Shown in pieces: positions 17,742-30,666 of a stretch of 64,000 nt of DNA. Origin of the DNA: an uncultured Fibrobacteraceae bacterium (GTDB lineage: Bacteria > Krumholzibacteriota > Krumholzibacteriia > LZORAL124-64-63). Made by a program: the position numbers and the translations under genes. The DNA lies in assembly GCA_964343835.1 (NCBI GenBank), contig CAYFKR010000009.1, positions 8,927-72,926 on the forward strand, read 5' to 3'. Numbering within the stretch: the stretch's first letter is position 1; the number at the start of each line of letters is the position of its first letter. A model generated the notes under the pieces. It was not told the origin of the DNA. It made no database searches and worked only from the letters and a program-made list of their open reading frames with translations.

Positions 17742-18647
17742 ATGAACGCGCTTCGCAGCACGGTCGATCTCGGCCTTTCGCCGGACCGCACCGGCAAGGT
17801 CCGCGAGATCTTCGACCTCGGCGACCAGCTCTTCATCGTCGCCACCGACAGGATCTCCGCCTACGACGTCGTCATGGACCAGCTCGTGCCCGGCCGCGGG
17901 TGCATGCTGACCATCATGACCCTGGCCTGGATGAAACGCTTCCCCGACGTGCCCAACCACCTGATCACCGCCGACCCCGACGCGTTCCCCGAGCCCTTCG
18001 CGTCCCACAAGGACGCCCTGGCCGGCCGGAGCATGCTGGTGCACAAGGCCGAGGCCTTTCCGGTGGAGTGCATCACGCGCGGCTACATCACCGGGTCGGG
18101 CTGGCGTTCCTACGTGGCCGAAGGCCACATCTGCGATCACGTGCTGCCCGAGGGGCTGCTCAAGAGCCAGAAGCTGCCGGAGATCCTGTTCACCCCGTCC
18201 ACCAAGGCGGACGAAGGGCACGACGAGAACATCTCCTGGGAGCAGATGGTGGAGATCATCGGCGAGGACGACGCCGTCGCCCTGCGGGACATCACCATGA
18301 AGCTCTACGGCGAGGGCGCCGAGTACGCCGCGTCCAAGGGCGTGCTCATCGCCGACACCAAGTTCGAGTTCGGCAAGGTGGACGGCCGCATCGTGCTGAT
18401 CGACGAGGCGCTGACCCCTGACTCCAGCCGCTTCTGGCCCGCCGACGAGCACGTGGCCGGTGAGGAGCCGCCGAGCTGGGACAAGCAGATCCTGCGCAAC
18501 CATCTCGACACCCTGGACTGGGACAAGTGCTACCCGCCCCCGCAGCTCCCCGACGAGGTGCTGGAGCGAACGGCCAGTCGTTATCGCGAAGTGCTGGACA
18601 TCCTGTTCCCCGAGGAGGCGGCCGCATGGCAGACGGTGCTGGACTGA
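17742..18647 (+). CDS. purC: Phosphoribosylaminoimidazole-succinocarboxamide synthase
   Basis: SAICAR synthetase motifs (KVREIFDLGDQLFIVATDRISAYDVVM). Confidence 0.9.
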   Translation: MNALRSTVDLGLSPDRTGKVREIFDLGDQLFIVATDRISAYDVVMDQLVPGRGCMLTIMTLAWMKRFPDVPNHLITADPDAFPEPFASHKDALAGRSMLVHKAEAFPVECITRGYITGSGWRSYVAEGHICDHVLPEGLLKSQKLPEILFTPSTKADEGHDENISWEQMVEIIGEDDAVALRDITMKLYGEGAEYAASKGVLIADTKFEFGKVDGRIVLIDEALTPDSSRFWPADEHVAGEEPPSWDKQILRNHLDTLDWDKCYPPPQLPDEVLERTASRYREVLDILFPEEAAAWQTVLD

Positions 18648-20179
18648 ACCGGGCGCGACGCGCCGTCCTGAGCGTGACCGACAAGACGGACCTGGGCATC
18701 GTGGCCGATGCCCTGCGCGACCACGGGTACGAGATGATCGCGAGCGGCGGCACCGCCGGCTGGCTGCGCGACAACGGCTACGAGGTCACCGACGTGAGCG
18801 ACGTGACCGGCTTTCCCGAGGTCTTCGGCGGCCGGGTGAAGACGCTGCACCCGCTGATCTTCGGCGGCATCCTCGGCAAGAACGAGGACGAGTTCCCCGC
18901 CGTGGCCGAGCACGGCCTCGCCCCGGTGGACGTGGTGGTCGTGAACCTCTACGCCTTCCAGGACACCGTGGACGCCGGGGGCACCGACGCCGAGATCATC
19001 GAGAAGATCGACATCGGCGGACCCTCGCTGCTGCGGGCTGCGGCCAAGAACCACCACCGCGTGTGCGTGCTGCCGGATCCGTCCTACTACTCCGACTTCG
19101 CCGACGCCTGCGACGTCGGCGGCGGCCTCCCGGATGCGGACTTCCGGCGCGTCATGGCGGCCCAGACCTTCGAGATGGTGATGGAGTACGACGCCGCCAT
19201 CGCCGACTGGTTCATGGGCGACTTCATGGGCGAGCAGGCCGCCGACCAGAGCATGCTGCCGCTGCGCTACGGCGAAAACCCGCACCAGAACGCCGAGGCC
19301 ATCGTGCCGGTGGGCGAGGACGGCCCCCTGGACGGCATCGGCCTGCGCCAGTGGAACGGCAAGGAGCTCTCCTACAACAACATGATCGACGTGATCGCCG
19401 CGGCGAAGCTGGTGGACGACCTGGACGGCGTGACCTGCGCCGCCATCAAGCACACCAACCCCTGCGGCGTGGGCACGGCCGACACGGCCGCCGTGGCCCT
19501 GGAACGGGCCCTGCGCTGCGATCCCGAGTCCGCGTTCGGCGGCATCTTCGCCTTCACGAGCGAGGTGGACGAGGGCGTGGTGGAGATCCTGGGCAAGCGG
19601 TTCTGCGAGGTGATCCTGGCCCCGTCGTACACCGAGGGCGCCATGGCCGCCCTGTGCAGGAAGAAGAACCTGCGGGTGCTGACGGTGGACTTCGAGGTCT
19701 TCGCCGCGACCACCAAGGGCCGCAGCGTCTCCTTCGGCGAGATGGCCCTGTTCCAGGACGAGGACGACGGCTTCCCCGAACTGGACGAGTGGACCCACGC
19801 CGCCGGCCCGGCGCCCGACGAGGCCACCACCGCGGCCCTGCGGATGAACTGGAAGGTCTGCAAGCACGTCAAGAGCAACGCCATCGTGCTGGGCAATGCC
19901 GAGGGCACCGTGGGGATCGGGGCCGGCCAGATGAGCCGGGTCGACTCCACGCGCATCGCCGTGCGCAAGGCCGGGGACCAGAACCTGGACCTCGCCGGGG
20001 CCGTGTGCGCCAGCGACGCCTTCTTCCCGTTCCCCGACAGCGTGGAGCGTCTCCACGAGGCCGGCGTCCGGGCGGTCATCGCGCCGTCGGGTTCGATCCG
20101 CGACGAGGAGGTCGCGGCCAAGGCCGAGGAGCTGGGCGTGACCCTCATCCACACCAACCGGCGCCACTTCCGCCACTGA
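18626..20179 (+). CDS. purH: Bifunctional AICAR transformylase / IMP cyclohydrolase
   Basis: MGS-like and AICARFT domains (VLSVTDKTDLGIVADAL...SGGTA; C-terminus RHFRH); 22-nt overlap with purC. Confidence 0.9.
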   Translation: MADGAGLNRARRAVLSVTDKTDLGIVADALRDHGYEMIASGGTAGWLRDNGYEVTDVSDVTGFPEVFGGRVKTLHPLIFGGILGKNEDEFPAVAEHGLAPVDVVVVNLYAFQDTVDAGGTDAEIIEKIDIGGPSLLRAAAKNHHRVCVLPDPSYYSDFADACDVGGGLPDADFRRVMAAQTFEMVMEYDAAIADWFMGDFMGEQAADQSMLPLRYGENPHQNAEAIVPVGEDGPLDGIGLRQWNGKELSYNNMIDVIAAAKLVDDLDGVTCAAIKHTNPCGVGTADTAAVALERALRCDPESAFGGIFAFTSEVDEGVVEILGKRFCEVILAPSYTEGAMAALCRKKNLRVLTVDFEVFAATTKGRSVSFGEMALFQDEDDGFPELDEWTHAAGPAPDEATTAALRMNWKVCKHVKSNAIVLGNAEGTVGIGAGQMSRVDSTRIAVRKAGDQNLDLAGAVCASDAFFPFPDSVERLHEAGVRAVIAPSGSIRDEEVAAKAEELGVTLIHTNRRHFRH

Positions 20180-20191
20180 TCCGGAGGCCCG

Positions 20192-21751
20192 ATGAACGCC
20201 GACGCCATCCACCACGTGCACGACGAGATCGCCGTGCTGGACTTCGGATCCCAGTACACCCAGCTCATCGCGCGCCGCCTGCGCGAGGTGGGCGTGTTCA
20301 GCCAGATCTACCCGTACCACGACTACGCGAAGGTGCTCGGCCGTCCGGAGGTGAAGGGCATCATCCTGTCGGGCGGCCCCTCTTCCGTGTCGGACGAGTA
20401 CGCTCCCGACGTGGGCCCGGAGGTGCTCGAGGCCGGCGTGCCCGTCCTGGGCATCTGCTACGGCATGCAGCTCATGGCCCTGAAGCTGGGCGGCCGCATC
20501 GACTCGTCGGACAAGCGCGAGTACGGGCCCGCACGGATCCGCGTGGAGGATCACGACGGTTTCTTCGCAGGCACGCCGGACGTGCAGGGCGTGTGGATGA
20601 GCCACGGCGACCGGGTGGGCGACCTGCCCGCCGGGTTCGAGGTGCTGGCCACCACCGACGACATCCCGTACGCCGCGGCGGCGGATCGGGAGCGCGGCTT
20701 CTGGTGCGTCCAGTTCCACCCGGAGGTGGTCCACACCGAGCACGGCATGACCATGCTGCGCAGTTTCGTCCGGGACATCTGCTCGGTCACGGAGGAATGG
20801 TCCGCCAGCGCCTTCGTGGACGAGGCCGTGGCCGACATCCGCGCCCGGGTGGGGGATCGCAAGGTGCTGTGCGGCGTGAGCGGCGGCGTGGATTCCACGG
20901 TGGTGGCGGCCCTGCTGGACAAGGCCATCGGCGATCAGCTCCACACCGTGTTCGTGGACAACGGCCTGCTGCGCCTCGGCGAGGCGGGCCAGGTGGAGCG
21001 CACCCTCAACGGGTTCCTGCACCGTCCCATCATGCGGGTCGACGCCCGCAACCAGTTCCTCAACGGCCTCGAGGGCGTGGCCGAGCCCGAGCGCAAGCGC
21101 AAGATCATCGGCAACACCTTCATCGACGTGTTCAAGTCGGCCACCCGCGACCTGGGCGACTTCGATTTCCTGGCCCAGGGCACGCTCTACCCGGACCGCA
21201 TCGAGTCGGTGTCCATCAACGGGCCGAGCCACGTGATCAAGACCCACCACAACGTGGGCGGTCTGCCCGAGGAACTTGGCTTCGAACTCATCGAGCCCCT
21301 GAAGGACCTGTTCAAGGACGAGGTTCGCCGCGTGGGGCGCAGCCTGGAGATCCCCGAGGACCTGTTGATGCGCCACCCCTTCCCGGGCCCCGGCCTGGGC
21401 GTGCGCATCCTCGGGCCGGTGGACCGCGACAAGGTGCGGCTGCTGCAGGAGGCGGACCACATCTACATCGAGGAGCTCCACGCCAGCGGCCAGTACGGGA
21501 AGATCTGGCAGGCGGGCGCGGTGCTGCTGCCGGTCCAGACCGTGGGCGTGATGGGCGACCAGCGCACCTACGAGTCGGCGGTGGCCCTGCGGGCGGTGAC
21601 GAGCATGGACGGGATGACCGCGGATTGGGCCCGGATCCCCGACGACGTGCTCGCGCGCGTCAGCAACCGTATCATTAACGAGGTCCCCGGCATCAACCGG
21701 GTGGTCTACGACATCAGCAGCAAGCCGCCGAGCACCATCGAGTGGGAATGA
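20192..21751 (+). CDS. guaA: GMP synthase (glutamine-hydrolysing)
   Basis: GATase1 domain (ICYGMQLM) plus PP-loop ATP-PPase (SGGVDSTV) plus C-terminal GMP synthase domain. Confidence 0.92.
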   Translation: MNADAIHHVHDEIAVLDFGSQYTQLIARRLREVGVFSQIYPYHDYAKVLGRPEVKGIILSGGPSSVSDEYAPDVGPEVLEAGVPVLGICYGMQLMALKLGGRIDSSDKREYGPARIRVEDHDGFFAGTPDVQGVWMSHGDRVGDLPAGFEVLATTDDIPYAAAADRERGFWCVQFHPEVVHTEHGMTMLRSFVRDICSVTEEWSASAFVDEAVADIRARVGDRKVLCGVSGGVDSTVVAALLDKAIGDQLHTVFVDNGLLRLGEAGQVERTLNGFLHRPIMRVDARNQFLNGLEGVAEPERKRKIIGNTFIDVFKSATRDLGDFDFLAQGTLYPDRIESVSINGPSHVIKTHHNVGGLPEELGFELIEPLKDLFKDEVRRVGRSLEIPEDLLMRHPFPGPGLGVRILGPVDRDKVRLLQEADHIYIEELHASGQYGKIWQAGAVLLPVQTVGVMGDQRTYESAVALRAVTSMDGMTADWARIPDDVLARVSNRIINEVPGINRVVYDISSKPPSTIEWE

Positions 21752-21758
21752 GGTGACG

Positions 21759-24443
21759 ATGCGCCGTCGCGGCGTGATCCGGAACCTGCGCGCGGCCGTC
21801 CTGATCGGGACGGCCGTGCTGTTGTGCGCCGGGTTGGCGGCGGCCGGGCTGTCGGAGAAGCGCGCGGCCCGCAGGGCGTCCCTCAAGACGGCCGCCCTCG
21901 CCGGCGAGGTCGCACCGTTCCGGATCCTGGTGGTGCCGGTGGACTTCGCCGACGCGCGGTTCCCCGACGACTGGGACGAGGCTCGTCTCTCCGCGCAGCT
22001 GGCCGGGCCGGGGGAGACCCTCGAGTCGTATTTCGACGCGGCGTCCCGCGGCCGTTGCGACGTGACCACGCTGCTGGCCCCCGTCGTCCACCTCGACGGC
22101 GATCGCCGGGCCTATTCCGACCTCGGCTACTTCGGCTACTTCCGGACCCGCGCCATGGCCCAGGAAGCCATGGAGGGCGCCGCGTCCACGATCCCCTTCC
22201 ATCTGGCCGACGGGGACGGCGACGGCGACGTGGACGGCGTGCTCATCCTCCATGCCGCCCCCGGCCTCGAGAACGACCACGAGGACGGCCTGATCGTTCC
22301 CCTCCAGTTCTGGACGGAAGAGCCGGTGCTGAGCAACGGCACGGCCGCCGATTTCTATGCGGTGGCCTCGGCACGATCGGGACTGGGCATCTGGGTGCAC
22401 GAGGCGGCCCACCTGCTGGGCCTGGACGACCGCTACCAGCTGGGGCTGGATCCGCCCGAGGGTGAACCCCTCGCGGGCGACGCTGGCTGGGGAGGCCTGG
22501 GACGCTTCAGCCTCATGGCCGCGGGGCACCTGGGCGGCGACGCGGGAGAGGGGCCGGCCCTGCTGGACGCCTACAGCGCCCTCCAGCTCGGCTGGGCCGA
22601 CGAGACCCTCCTCGACCCCGCCGACTCCGGAGACTTGACCCTCGCGCCGGGCGAGGTCCTGCGCTGGGACGTGCCCGGCACGGACGGCGCCGAGTCGTTC
22701 CTCCTGGAAACGAGGGGCGCGACGTCGTCCCACACCTTCGACGCGGGCATCCCCGCCGGCCGGCTGCTGGTCTACCATGTGGACCGCGACGTGCCCGACG
22801 ACGTGGTGCAGGACCACCTCCGTGTCCGCCTGGTGGAAGCCGACGGCGACGACGCCGTGGCCGACGGCCTGACCCTGGGCGTCGACGCCGACCTCTTCCC
22901 CCGCGACGGCGTGCGCCAGGACTGGACGCCCGAGACCACCCCCGGCACCGGCGGCTATGGCGCCCCCTCCGGTTTGGCTCTGGGTGCCATCCGCCCCGTC
23001 GAGGGCGGGGTGGCCTTCCACTGGGGGCTGGCCGACGGCGCGTGGTCCGTCGAGGCCTCCTTCGACGTGTCCGCCGCGGACACCCTGCTGGTGGTCCGGG
23101 CCCGCACGAGCGTGCACCCCGCCACGCTGTCCGCCGTCTGCACCGCCCTCGCCGGCGGCACGTTCGCCGACGGTCCGACGGTCCAGCGCGACCTGGAGTA
23201 TGGGGAAGGCGGCGTCTGGACGTTCGTCTCGCCGCCGGTGTGGCGTGCCGACCCCGCTGAGGAATCCCGCATCCGGCTCTCGTTCCTGGGCGACGACGTT
23301 CCGTCCGACATGACCGTCGTCCGCACCTGGACGGGGCTCGATCCCGATCCGGCCGTGACCGACTGGGCCTCCTGGACCCTGGGCGTGAACGAGGCCGCCG
23401 GCAGCTCATGGCGCCTCTGGGACCTGGACGGCCTGGTCCTGGCCTGCGTCGACGACGATTCCGCGCCCGCCGACTGGCCCGACGTGAGCTACGCCAACGG
23501 CACCGATGCCTGGATCGCCTCACCGGCCTTCACGGCGGACGACCGCGTCCTCGTCATGCTGCACCACGTGGACGTCCCGGAGGACGAACCGGGCTTCAGC
23601 GCCGACGGCTGCGCAGTCGAACTGGTGACGGCGGACGGCCTGGTGACTCCGGTCGCACCGGTCGACGGTTACGGGGGAGGCGTCCCCGGCTGGAGCGGCT
23701 CGTCCCTGCGCGGGCGACCCGCCTTCACGCGTCGTGGCGATCTGGACGACCTGGACCGGCCCGTCTGGCGCGTCGACGTGTTCGACCTGTCGCCCTGGGC
23801 CGGGACCGTGATCCGCCTGCGCCTGCGCCTGGCGGCCGACGCTCTCTGGCGTGGGCGCGGCTGGTACGTCCGGTCCCTGGAGTTCGCGGAGGAACGGCCC
23901 CGGACCGTGCCCGCCCGGACGGACGATGCCTGGACATGGGAGACGCCGTTCGCGGGAGTCACGTCGCAACTGCTCTCGCTCAGCGTGGACGGCGGCGGAA
24001 CCTGGGTCCCGGCAGGATCCCCGACCGCGACCACCTGGCCTGCTGCCTCGTTGCAGACCGTTCTGCGCGACCTGGACGCCACCGCCGGCCTGCTGCGGAT
24101 CCGCTGCCTGGCGGACCCGGGTGCGGTGGACCTGGGGCCCGTCGCATTCCGACGGGATGAAGCTCTGGACTTGGGGGCGAACCTCGGACGCCCGTGGCCG
24201 AACCCCGCCGTTGACGAGGTACGCATCCCGATCTCCGTGCCCGACGGCGTCGCCGACGCCGTGCTCAGCATCCACGACCTGCGGGGACGGACGGTCCGGA
24301 AGTGGCGACCGGGCCCCGGCGGACGCATCGTGTCCTGGGACGGACGGGACGACAGGGAACGTCGCCTGCCCGCCGGACGTTACCTCGTGCGCCTCGAGAC
24401 CGGCGCACACCACTCGACCAGGAGCCTGACCCTGCTGCCATGA
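21759..24443 (+). CDS. Secreted zinc metalloprotease (M6/InhA-like, HEXXH) with T9SS/FlgD-Ig-like C-terminal sorting domain
   Basis: Signal peptide, HEAAH motif (VHEAAHLLGLDDRY), C-terminal ~80 aa similar to the T9SS C-terminal secretion domain (WPNPAVDEVRI...LSIHDLRGRTVRKW...WDGRD...AGRYLVRLETG). Confidence 0.6.
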   Translation: MRRRGVIRNLRAAVLIGTAVLLCAGLAAAGLSEKRAARRASLKTAALAGEVAPFRILVVPVDFADARFPDDWDEARLSAQLAGPGETLESYFDAASRGRCDVTTLLAPVVHLDGDRRAYSDLGYFGYFRTRAMAQEAMEGAASTIPFHLADGDGDGDVDGVLILHAAPGLENDHEDGLIVPLQFWTEEPVLSNGTAADFYAVASARSGLGIWVHEAAHLLGLDDRYQLGLDPPEGEPLAGDAGWGGLGRFSLMAAGHLGGDAGEGPALLDAYSALQLGWADETLLDPADSGDLTLAPGEVLRWDVPGTDGAESFLLETRGATSSHTFDAGIPAGRLLVYHVDRDVPDDVVQDHLRVRLVEADGDDAVADGLTLGVDADLFPRDGVRQDWTPETTPGTGGYGAPSGLALGAIRPVEGGVAFHWGLADGAWSVEASFDVSAADTLLVVRARTSVHPATLSAVCTALAGGTFADGPTVQRDLEYGEGGVWTFVSPPVWRADPAEESRIRLSFLGDDVPSDMTVVRTWTGLDPDPAVTDWASWTLGVNEAAGSSWRLWDLDGLVLACVDDDSAPADWPDVSYANGTDAWIASPAFTADDRVLVMLHHVDVPEDEPGFSADGCAVELVTADGLVTPVAPVDGYGGGVPGWSGSSLRGRPAFTRRGDLDDLDRPVWRVDVFDLSPWAGTVIRLRLRLAADALWRGRGWYVRSLEFAEERPRTVPARTDDAWTWETPFAGVTSQLLSLSVDGGGTWVPAGSPTATTWPAASLQTVLRDLDATAGLLRIRCLADPGAVDLGPVAFRRDEALDLGANLGRPWPNPAVDEVRIPISVPDGVADAVLSIHDLRGRTVRKWRPGPGGRIVSWDGRDDRERRLPAGRYLVRLETGAHHSTRSLTLLP

Positions 24444-26476
24444 CCCGAGGACGGATCCTCCTGCTGCTGCTGGCGATCGTCGCCGCATCTCCCGCCCGGC
24501 CCGCCGTGGACCCCTTCCTCGAGGAATTCCGCGTCGGTCGCCCCCGTCTCCCTGATCATCTGCCCATGAGCGACGCCTGGCCCGCGGGTCTCTTCACGCC
24601 CCTGACGCCGGAACCGTTGTACGCGGAGGGCATCGTGGCCGGCCTGCAGGACCACGACGGCACCATCCGTTCCCGGAACGTCCTCGAGGCCGTCTTCGGA
24701 GGGCGCGAGGCGGCGGACGCCTGGCTGGCCGACCGCATCGGCCTGGCCCGCGCCCGGGACGCCCAGGAGATCCGCGCCGTCGCCGTACGGTCGGCGGCCG
24801 CCTGCGATTCCGTGCTCGCCCGCGCCGACCTGGAACCCGATGCACGGTTCATCTGGTCGCTGCGCCGTCGGGCCGCAACGGACGACCGGATCGGCGACGG
24901 GCTCTGGCCCGAGCTCCTGGACCTGGGCTCGTACGATCTCCAGGGCGGCTGGGACCTCTGGACGGCCCACCGTCGGAGCCGGGGCCTGCCCCTGCTGCCT
25001 GACGGCCTGACGGAGGAGCAGGCCCGCTGGGTCATGCGCCTGCGTAACAGCCGGCTTTCGAGCCGCGACATCGACCGCGCCGGGCTGGACCCGGCCCATC
25101 GCAGCGCCCTGGGGGCGGCGAGCCTGCCCCGGGCGTCATTGAAGCGGCACTACGGCCTCTATCCGGATCCCCCCGGGGACGCCCGCCTGGCCGAGGCCTG
25201 GGCCCGCGGCCGCTGGCGTTCCCTCGGTCACACCACGGCCGCCGCCGAGGCCCTCGGCGACCTGGCGGCCCTGCCGGTCCGTGTCCGGGCCGACTACTGG
25301 CGTCGGGCCGCCGACAAGCACGTTTCCGCCGGCCGCTGGGCCGAGGGGCGCCGCGCCCTGGAGCAGGCCGTGGAGCTGGCCAGGCGCACCGGCGTGTCCT
25401 GGGTGATGCGACGGGTGGGCGAGGAGGCGTCGCGGATCGCGGCGGCGGCCCGTCATGGCGGCCGAGCCGAGGATGCGCGGCGTGCGGAGCAGCATGCCGT
25501 CGCCCTGCTCCCCGGTACCGGGGAGGCGTCGGCTCACGGCCGGCTGGTCCGCGCCGGCGATGCGCCCGTCATCAAGGCCGCGGGCGCCGACGATTTCCCG
25601 GATGCCCTGCAACGGATCGACGCCGCGACGTGGGACGCCTGGTACGCCCTGGGCCGCCGCCTGGCTGCCCGCACCGACGCCGGCCTGGCCGAGGCCTTCG
25701 CCCGGCGCGAGCCCGCCGCCGCCATCGTGTGCCGGATCCTCCGCCATCACGCCCTGCGCGACGACGCTCTCTGGTGGCTGGTGGTCCTGGACCTCGAGCG
25801 CCTGTCCGGCGACGGCGCACCGGCCCACGCCAGCCCCGTGCCCGCCTGGCTGCGGACGCTGGGCAGCGGGGACGACGACCATGTCGTCAGGGTCGGTCTC
25901 CTCGGTCTCTGCCACCTGGCCGGCGACACCCGCGGTCGCCTGGCCTGCGCCGTCTCCATGCCCCGGCCGGGTCTGGGCAGCGCGGACCGGCTGCTGACCC
26001 ATCCGCTGCCGTCGCGGGCCGACATCGTGGCCGCGGTGGCTGCCTCGCCGGATCCTGCTCTCGTGCTCGGCGTCGCCCGCAACGAGTCCCTCTTCGATCC
26101 CGCCGTCCGTTCCCGCGCCGGCGCCCTGGGCTGGATGCAGGTCATGCCCTTCCACTTCAAGGGCCGCGGCGTGGAAGGCGGGGAGGCCGTCTGGCGACGA
26201 CCGGCGGTCTCGGTTCGCCTGGGGCTGGGCCTCCTGGAGGAGAATCGCCGTCGCTACGACGGCGACCCGTACCGCACCGCCGCCGCCTACAACGCCGGCC
26301 CCGGCGCCGTGAAGCGCTGGGACAGGCAACTGGGGGGCACACCCTCGCGCGCCGACTTCCTGGGCTGGATCGGCTATCCCGAGACGCGGCGCTACGTGGA
26401 GAAGGTTTTGATTGACCGCCAGATCTATGCGGAGGTACTTAGGGAGTTCGGAGGGGAGGACCCCGCATCACCATGA
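24440..26476 (+). CDS. slt: Soluble lytic murein transglycosylase (Slt family) with helical N-terminal region
   Basis: Signal peptide; C-terminal SLT domain (ARNESLFDPAVRSRAGALGWMQVMP...AAAYNAGPGAV); ATGA overlap with the upstream gene. Confidence 0.7.
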   Translation: MTRGRILLLLLAIVAASPARPAVDPFLEEFRVGRPRLPDHLPMSDAWPAGLFTPLTPEPLYAEGIVAGLQDHDGTIRSRNVLEAVFGGREAADAWLADRIGLARARDAQEIRAVAVRSAAACDSVLARADLEPDARFIWSLRRRAATDDRIGDGLWPELLDLGSYDLQGGWDLWTAHRRSRGLPLLPDGLTEEQARWVMRLRNSRLSSRDIDRAGLDPAHRSALGAASLPRASLKRHYGLYPDPPGDARLAEAWARGRWRSLGHTTAAAEALGDLAALPVRVRADYWRRAADKHVSAGRWAEGRRALEQAVELARRTGVSWVMRRVGEEASRIAAAARHGGRAEDARRAEQHAVALLPGTGEASAHGRLVRAGDAPVIKAAGADDFPDALQRIDAATWDAWYALGRRLAARTDAGLAEAFARREPAAAIVCRILRHHALRDDALWWLVVLDLERLSGDGAPAHASPVPAWLRTLGSGDDDHVVRVGLLGLCHLAGDTRGRLACAVSMPRPGLGSADRLLTHPLPSRADIVAAVAASPDPALVLGVARNESLFDPAVRSRAGALGWMQVMPFHFKGRGVEGGEAVWRRPAVSVRLGLGLLEENRRRYDGDPYRTAAAYNAGPGAVKRWDRQLGGTPSRADFLGWIGYPETRRYVEKVLIDRQIYAEVLREFGGEDPASP

Positions 26477-27156
26477 CGACCGAGCCGCTGCAAGGTAACG
26501 GGACGCCCGCTGCGGGCAGGTCCTGGCGCGAGAGCGTGGAATGGGGCCGAAAGGCCATCCACGCCTCGTCGACCCTGCTCGCCGTCTGGGTGCTGATGGT
26601 GGAGGACCCGCTGGCCTCGTTCGGCCTGGCGGCGGCCACCCTCTTCGTCATCGCGGTGGACCTGGCGCGCCTGCGGGCCAAGCGCTGGGCCCTGTGGGTC
26701 TACCGGACCTTTCCCCTGATCTTCCGGCGGGACGAGCGGTACACCCTGAGCGGCGCCTCGGTCATGATGGCCGGAGCCACCGTCACCTCGTACCTTTTCC
26801 CTGCCGGCCCGGCCGCAGCCGGCATCCTGTGCCTGGCCTGGGGCGATTCCGCCGCCGCGGTGGTGGGGCAGGCGGTGTCGTTCCGCCGCCAGCAGCTGGG
26901 TCTGGAGGAAGCCGACCCGAACCGTGCCCCCGTCGTGACGCGGCGCGGTTCCAAGACCTGGGCCGGCACCGGCGCCTGCCTGGCCGCCTCGGCGGCCGTC
27001 ATCGGCCTGGTGCTGGACTGGAATCCGATCCCCATGGCGGCGGGTGCCGTCGCCGCCGCGGCCATGGAGCGCTGGACGCCCGGCCGCTGGGACAACCTGG
27101 CGATCCCGCTGGTCACCGCGGGAGTCGTCCAGATCTGCCTGACCTGGGTGCGCTGA
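26473..27156 (+). CDS. CTP-transferase-1 family membrane protein (CdsA / dolichol-kinase-like)
   Basis: 227 aa polytopic membrane protein with a CdsA-like motif region (LAWGDSAAAVVG); ATGA overlap with slt. Confidence 0.45.
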   Translation: MTTEPLQGNGTPAAGRSWRESVEWGRKAIHASSTLLAVWVLMVEDPLASFGLAAATLFVIAVDLARLRAKRWALWVYRTFPLIFRRDERYTLSGASVMMAGATVTSYLFPAGPAAAGILCLAWGDSAAAVVGQAVSFRRQQLGLEEADPNRAPVVTRRGSKTWAGTGACLAASAAVIGLVLDWNPIPMAAGAVAAAAMERWTPGRWDNLAIPLVTAGVVQICLTWVR

Positions 27157-27189
27157 CGCACCTCTCGACCCGAACGAGACGAGTTCCCC

Positions 27190-30213
<3,024 letters not shown>

Positions 30214-30234
30214 CATCGGCCGGGGGGCCGTAAC

Positions 30235-30648
30235 TTGCCCCACCGGCATCCCTGTGCTAACGTGCCGTGCCCGACACCGGAGGAATCCTTGCACCGATCG
30301 CGCGACAAACTCCGCGAGGCCCTGGTCGAACTGATCCAGGCATCGTTCAATGACGTCCCGCCCCCCGTCCGGCCTGCCGTGCCCGTCGCCGTCCGCAGCG
30401 AGCGCGTGTTCTCGGAAGGGGAGGAGGCCGTGCTCACGTCCGCCGCCAGGGGCTACCTGCTGGCGCTGATGGCCGGCGGGCAGATCGACCGCACGCAGAT
30501 GGACCTGATCGTCCACTACGTGTCCCTGTTCTGGAGCGCGCCGGTTGATGTCCGCGACCTGGAAAGCCTGCTCGACCAGGTGGTCTTCGGCCTGGCGCCG
30601 GAAGATCCCGAGGAGCCCGGACCCTGGTCCGTCACCAGCGTGCACTGA
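30235..30648 (+). CDS. Hypothetical protein, possibly Smg/DUF494-like (usually found upstream of topA)
   Basis: Weak similarity to Smg (ARGYLLALMAGGQIDRTQMDLIV vs Smg [23 protein letters not shown]); alternative in-frame TTG start at 30289 preceded by GGAGGA. Confidence 0.35.
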   Translation: MPHRHPCANVPCPTPEESLHRSRDKLREALVELIQASFNDVPPPVRPAVPVAVRSERVFSEGEEAVLTSAARGYLLALMAGGQIDRTQMDLIVHYVSLFWSAPVDVRDLESLLDQVVFGLAPEDPEEPGPWSVTSVH

Positions 30649-30666
30649 CCGATCCCGAGGAGTACC

